The translations under genes were made by a program, and so were the position numbers. This document shows, piece by piece, positions 60,294 through 64,000 of a stretch of DNA of 64,000 nt (position 1 is the stretch's first letter; each line of letters starts with the position of its first letter). The notes beneath the pieces were generated by a model. That model was not told the origin of the DNA. It made no database searches and saw nothing but the letters and a program-made list of their open reading frames with translations. Source of the DNA: an uncultured Thermodesulfobacteriota bacterium (GTDB lineage: Bacteria > Desulfobacterota > WTBG01); contig CAZOKO010000001.1 of assembly GCA_964580455.1 (NCBI GenBank), forward strand, positions 2,992 to 66,991, in the 5' to 3' direction.

Positions 60294-60553
60294 AAACGTA
60301 CTCTTTAAACCATAAAAGAAGTTAATGCTAAAGCAGGAATGACAGTTTGTTTTGAATTCTGTACTCTGTAATTTTCATTTTTACTTGGCCGAGCTCAGCC
60401 AGGCATTGTCTGTTCAACTTAATTTCTAATATCACATTTTATATTATTATTCCAGTAATTGTAAAACTAAAGAAATATCTTGTATTTCAACTCCATTTTG
60501 ATAAACTGGTGCAGGTTACATTCAGTTACCACCCATAAGAGATTATTGATAAG

Positions 60554-61315
60554 TTGACTACTAGCAGGAACTGTAAATTGAATACATCATCCAAAATTCT
60601 GACAATCATACCGGCTCTCAATGAAGAAAAGAACATTGCCCAGGTAATTGACGGCATCAAGAAAAACGCACCTTTCTGTGACATTCTGGTAATCGATGAC
60701 GGTTCTTCTGATTCCACTGCGGTACTCGCTAAAACAACAGGTGCTAAAGTTATCCATCTGCCGTTCAATATGGGATATGGGATTGCCCTTCAAACAGGAT
60801 ATAAGTATGCCCTTGAGAACGGCTATCACTACATGGCACAGATAGATGGCGATGGTCAGCACGATCCTCAATACATCAAAGAGCTTTTAGAGATAGTTAC
60901 ATCTGGGGAAGCCGACATTACTATAGGGTCCAGATTTTCAAAAAATAATAGAAATCACACCTATAAAGCTGGGTGGGTAAAACGGACAGGCATTATACTG
61001 TTTGCCTACATTACCTCAATAATCATAAAACAAAAGGTTTCTGATCCTACTTCAGGATATCAAGCTATCAATAGAAAGGTAGCAAAATTCTATGCCAGTG
61101 AATCATATCCTTCCGACTATCCTGACGCTGATGTCATCATTATGCTTCATCGAGCCGGTTTCAGAATTAAAGAGCTTCCTGTTGTCATGTACCAGAACAG
61201 GAACAGGAAATCGATGCACAGCGGTATGAAACCATTTTATTACATCTTCAAGATGTTCCTTTCTATCTTTCTCACCCTTTTGAGAAAAAGTGAACTGCTA
61301 AACCAGAGAAATTAG
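60554..61315 (+). CDS. Dpm1/GtrB-like polyprenyl-phosphate glycosyltransferase (GT2)
   Basis: …ILTIIPALNEEKNIAQVI…LVIDDGSSDST… with a C-terminal amphipathic/TM tail. Confidence 0.7.
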   Translation: MTTSRNCKLNTSSKILTIIPALNEEKNIAQVIDGIKKNAPFCDILVIDDGSSDSTAVLAKTTGAKVIHLPFNMGYGIALQTGYKYALENGYHYMAQIDGDGQHDPQYIKELLEIVTSGEADITIGSRFSKNNRNHTYKAGWVKRTGIILFAYITSIIIKQKVSDPTSGYQAINRKVAKFYASESYPSDYPDADVIIMLHRAGFRIKELPVVMYQNRNRKSMHSGMKPFYYIFKMFLSIFLTLLRKSELLNQRN

Positions 61316-61320
61316 AGAAT

Positions 61321-61692
61321 ATGCCCTTACAACAGAAGTTTTTTGCTATCATCATCAGTCTTTCTCTTCTGGTATTTATCATCGAGCTGGTACGACGGAA
61401 AAAGCTGAGGGAAGAATATTCCTGGCTCTGGTTACTGACAGGAACTATAATCTTGATACTTGCCCTCTGGTATGACCTGCTGCAATGGATGACAAGTCTT
61501 ATCGGTGCAGGACTTCCAACTTCTACACTCTTCTTTCTGGGGCTGGTTTTTCTCATCCTGATTGCTATTCAGTTTTCGGTAAAGGTATCAGCATTACATA
61601 CTCAGGTTAAAAACCTGGCACAAGAAAATGGACTGCTTAAAAACAGGATTGAAAATCTGGAAGAAGGGGACACCCCTAAAAGAGAGAAATAA
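61321..61692 (+). CDS. DUF2304-like small membrane protein (GtrB partner)
   Basis: 123 aa with three TM helices and a C-terminal coiled-coil tail. It lies immediately downstream of the GtrB-like gene, which is the conserved arrangement for this family. Confidence 0.55.
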   Translation: MPLQQKFFAIIISLSLLVFIIELVRRKKLREEYSWLWLLTGTIILILALWYDLLQWMTSLIGAGLPTSTLFFLGLVFLILIAIQFSVKVSALHTQVKNLAQENGLLKNRIENLEEGDTPKREK

Positions 61693-61708
61693 AAAAGGAG
61701 AGCTTACA

Positions 61709-62983
61709 ATGGGGAAAAAGAAGAAAAAAGGGGGATCCAAAGACACAACAACCAGTGTGACCACTCGGGTAAATGGAGCACCATCACCTGACAAACAGAC
61801 TGGCATTAAATATATAATCTTTTCCCTCCTCTCTATTATAATTCTTGGTATAATCATCTATTCCAATACCTTTGATGCTTCCTGGCACTTCGATGACCAC
61901 ACCGCTATTGTAGAAAATTATGGTATCAGAAACCTTAAAGGGACAATTTTTAGCGGAGGGTCAAGGTGGATAGGGTTCATTAGCTTTGCCCTCAACTACC
62001 ATTTTGGGAAGCTTGATGTGTTTGGTTATCATCTGGTCAATATCTGCATTCACCTTATAAGTGCCATTCTGGTATACTTTTTAGTGCTTTTAAGCTTCAA
62101 GACACCCTGTTTAAAAGACAACAAAATCTCCCATTATGCAGCGTCTATTTCCCTGGCTTCAGGCTTAATATTTGTAGCCCATCCCATTCAAACCCAGGCT
62201 GTAACATACATTGTTCAACGCTTCACGTCCCTGGCTACACTCTTCTACCTCCTCTCCCTGGTTCTCTTCATCAAGGCACGATTACAAAACCAGGAGGGGG
62301 GAAGTTTTTTCTCTCCTTCACACCTGGCATGCTATTTGGGCTCTCTCTTAGCTGCCTATCTTGCAATGAAAACTAAAGAGATTACTATAACCCTGCCGGT
62401 AATTATTCTGCTCTATGAATTCTCTTTTTTCAGCCCCTCCTTAAGAGCACTCGCAAGAAAGCTTCCTTATCTCATTCCATTACTGCTCACCTTTTTCATC
62501 ATTCCTTTCTCCCGCTATGGAATCGGACTGCTTGGTATATCAGGTGGTACTTTTATGGGAATAGCAGAAGTCGGTGATATCATTGGAGATGCAACCCAGG
62601 AAACTGCAACTATCTCACGAACAGATTATCTTCTAACCCAATTTAATGTCATAGTAACCTACATCCGATTACTCTTCTTCCCTGTTAATCAGAATCTTGA
62701 CTACGACTACCCCATTTCACGTACTCTCTTCGCATTTCCCACATTTTTCTCTTTCCTTTTCCTGATATCAGTTGTCATCTTTGCCGTTTGGATGTTTAAG
62801 AAGTCACGGCTAATCTCTTTTGGTATTTTCTGGTTTTTCATCACCCTATCGGTAGAGTCAAGCATTATTCCTATAAGAGATGTTATCTTTGAGCACAGGG
62901 TCTATCTTCCTTCCGTGGGTTTCGTTATATTTTTAACGGTCGCCATCTACCAGATGATGGGGCAGATAAAGACCAAACCCTAG
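61709..62983 (+). CDS. TMTC-like (DUF1736) polytopic membrane protein, TPR part encoded separately
   Basis: …FDASWHFDDHTAIVEN… DD motif in the first loop and …FVAHPIQTQAVTYIVQRFTSLATLFYLLSL… matching the conserved HP.HTEAV…R block of TMTC/DUF1736 proteins. Start chosen at ATG 61709, which has an AAAAGGAG RBS. Confidence 0.6.
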   Translation: MGKKKKKGGSKDTTTSVTTRVNGAPSPDKQTGIKYIIFSLLSIIILGIIIYSNTFDASWHFDDHTAIVENYGIRNLKGTIFSGGSRWIGFISFALNYHFGKLDVFGYHLVNICIHLISAILVYFLVLLSFKTPCLKDNKISHYAASISLASGLIFVAHPIQTQAVTYIVQRFTSLATLFYLLSLVLFIKARLQNQEGGSFFSPSHLACYLGSLLAAYLAMKTKEITITLPVIILLYEFSFFSPSLRALARKLPYLIPLLLTFFIIPFSRYGIGLLGISGGTFMGIAEVGDIIGDATQETATISRTDYLLTQFNVIVTYIRLLFFPVNQNLDYDYPISRTLFAFPTFFSFLFLISVVIFAVWMFKKSRLISFGIFWFFITLSVESSIIPIRDVIFEHRVYLPSVGFVIFLTVAIYQMMGQIKTKP

Positions 62984-63016
62984 CGAAGCTTCACCTCACC
63001 GACGAGCCTTCGCTAT

Positions 63017-63217
63017 ACTAGATACTGGATACTGGATGCAAGATACAATATGTAGGATTTCGTTCTAACAGGGTAAATATCGGTGTTTATAAATCGGTTA
63101 TGGGTACAACCAAAATTAAGAGCAACTCAACCGTGTTACGAAAGACGAAACGAGCAGCGCAACCGAATAACGAGCAACTTTTTTATCTAGGATCCAGTAT
63201 CTAGCATCCAGCATCAC
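63017..63217. repeat. composite intergenic element E3: inverted tandem-heptamer arrays (ACTGGAT… / …ATCCAGY) flanking a ~140-bp core
   Basis: Left arm gatactggatactggatgcaagataca, right arm ggatccagtatctagcatccagcatc; the two are reverse complements at the unit level. The core shares ctcaaccgtNtta and ggttgcg(c/t)tgc words with E1. Confidence 0.7.
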
Positions 63218-63310
63218 TTTGCATAAGTGTATCTTTTAAAAAAACTTGACTCATTTATTAAGTTTTCGGACTACTAATAGACAGCTAGAGGAACTGAATA
63301 GTGTGCCGAT

Positions 63311-64000
63311 ATGGTTTCGACGATAGAAAAACCTTTTCCAAACGGTTTATCCCTTTTGAAAGTTTACATATTAATTATTATACTTTTCGTTCTTACAGCT
63401 AATCATAGAAACAAGATCTGGAACCGGGAAGAAACCCTATGGCTGGATAACATCGAAAAAGCTCCCTTAAAGGCACGGCCTTACCATAGCCTGGGAGTTC
63501 ACTGCATGGATGAAGAAAATTACATCCAGGCTATTAAACATTTTAAGCATGCCCTCCAATTAGACCCTACCTACTCTTCAGCATATAATAACCTCGGCTC
63601 ATCATATAAAATGCAAGGAGCTTATCAAGAAGCAAAACAGGCTTTTAAAAAGGCACTTAAGATTAACCCTTCTTACGTCAAAGCCCTTTATAATTTGGGC
63701 AATCTCTACCACCACCGGGAATTATACAGGCAGGCAGAAGAAGCATATGAAAAAGCATTACGTATAAATCCCGGACTTCCTCAGGCACACAACAATCTGG
63801 GAAGCATCTATAATCATCATCAACAATACGATAAAGCCATATCAGCATTTAAAGAGGCGCTGTCAACAGACCCCCTCTTTGAAATGGCATATAATAATAT
63901 TGGCATTGCTTTCTATAACACAGGTCTCTACCAGGAAGCTATGAAGCACTACCAGAAAGCTATCCAGATCAATCCCAAATTCACTGATGCCTATAATAAC
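63311..64000 (+). CDS. membrane-anchored TPR protein (partial, runs off the window)
   Basis: ATG at 63311, one TM helix, then TPR units (…YNNLGSSY…YNLGNLY…). It is a paralogue of 18158–19177 and the likely TPR half of the split TMTC-like gene. Confidence 0.6.
   Translation, partial: MVSTIEKPFPNGLSLLKVYILIIILFVLTANHRNKIWNREETLWLDNIEKAPLKARPYHSLGVHCMDEENYIQAIKHFKHALQLDPTYSSAYNNLGSSYKMQGAYQEAKQAFKKALKINPSYVKALYNLGNLYHHRELYRQAEEAYEKALRINPGLPQAHNNLGSIYNHHQQYDKAISAFKEALSTDPLFEMAYNNIGIAFYNTGLYQEAMKHYQKAIQINPKFTDAYNN

Overview
This 64-kb bacterial chromosomal window is about 40% G+C and codes at roughly 90% density. Bases 1–19.2 kb are ordinary core metabolism on the + strand: hslVU, an arginine cluster argB-argD-argF-argG, lysA-dapF-dapA, a parvulin-type PPIase, a ThiD-ThiN fusion translationally coupled to thiC, and a TPR protein. 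From ~19.8 kb to the end of the window there is one very large, almost entirely minus-strand glycan-biosynthesis/export island. It contains seven GT2, one GT4, one GT-A-like and one GT-C-like glycosyltransferase. It has a DegT aminotransferase, a PglD/NeuD-type acetyltransferase and an SDR cassette, plus GDP-mannose 4,6-dehydratase and GDP-L-fucose synthase. Export is by a Wzm/Wzt ABC transporter whose Wzt carries a C-terminal carbohydrate-binding extension. Next to the transporter sit four class I methyltransferases, a candidate carbohydrate sulfotransferase, a fused MDR-dehydrogenase/Gfo-Idh-MocA oxidoreductase and a polysaccharide-lyase/epimerase-like protein. I read this as a chain-terminating methyl/sulfate capping module, which is inference. 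A four-helix-bundle (23S-rRNA-IVS/Avd-like) gene is wedged between wzm and wzt and translationally coupled to wzt. The island also holds two B12-binding radical SAM genes, one radical SAM/SPASM gene, three tandem SDR epimerase/dehydratases with a cupin, and two Dpm1/GtrB-like polyprenyl-phosphate sugar synthases. One of these is followed by a DUF2304 gene and a TMTC-like (DUF1736) membrane protein with a separate TPR gene. The island is interrupted at 40.2–43.6 kb by an array of three unrelated HEPN/MNT-type toxin–antitoxin pairs, bracketed by two ~300-bp near-identical direct repeats. Intergenic DNA throughout carries a striking family of short tandem oligonucleotide repeats. At least four loci share the architecture of inverted tandem-heptamer arrays flanking a 100–200-bp core. 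I did not recognise any rRNA, tRNA, CRISPR array, integrase or transposase gene by eye.
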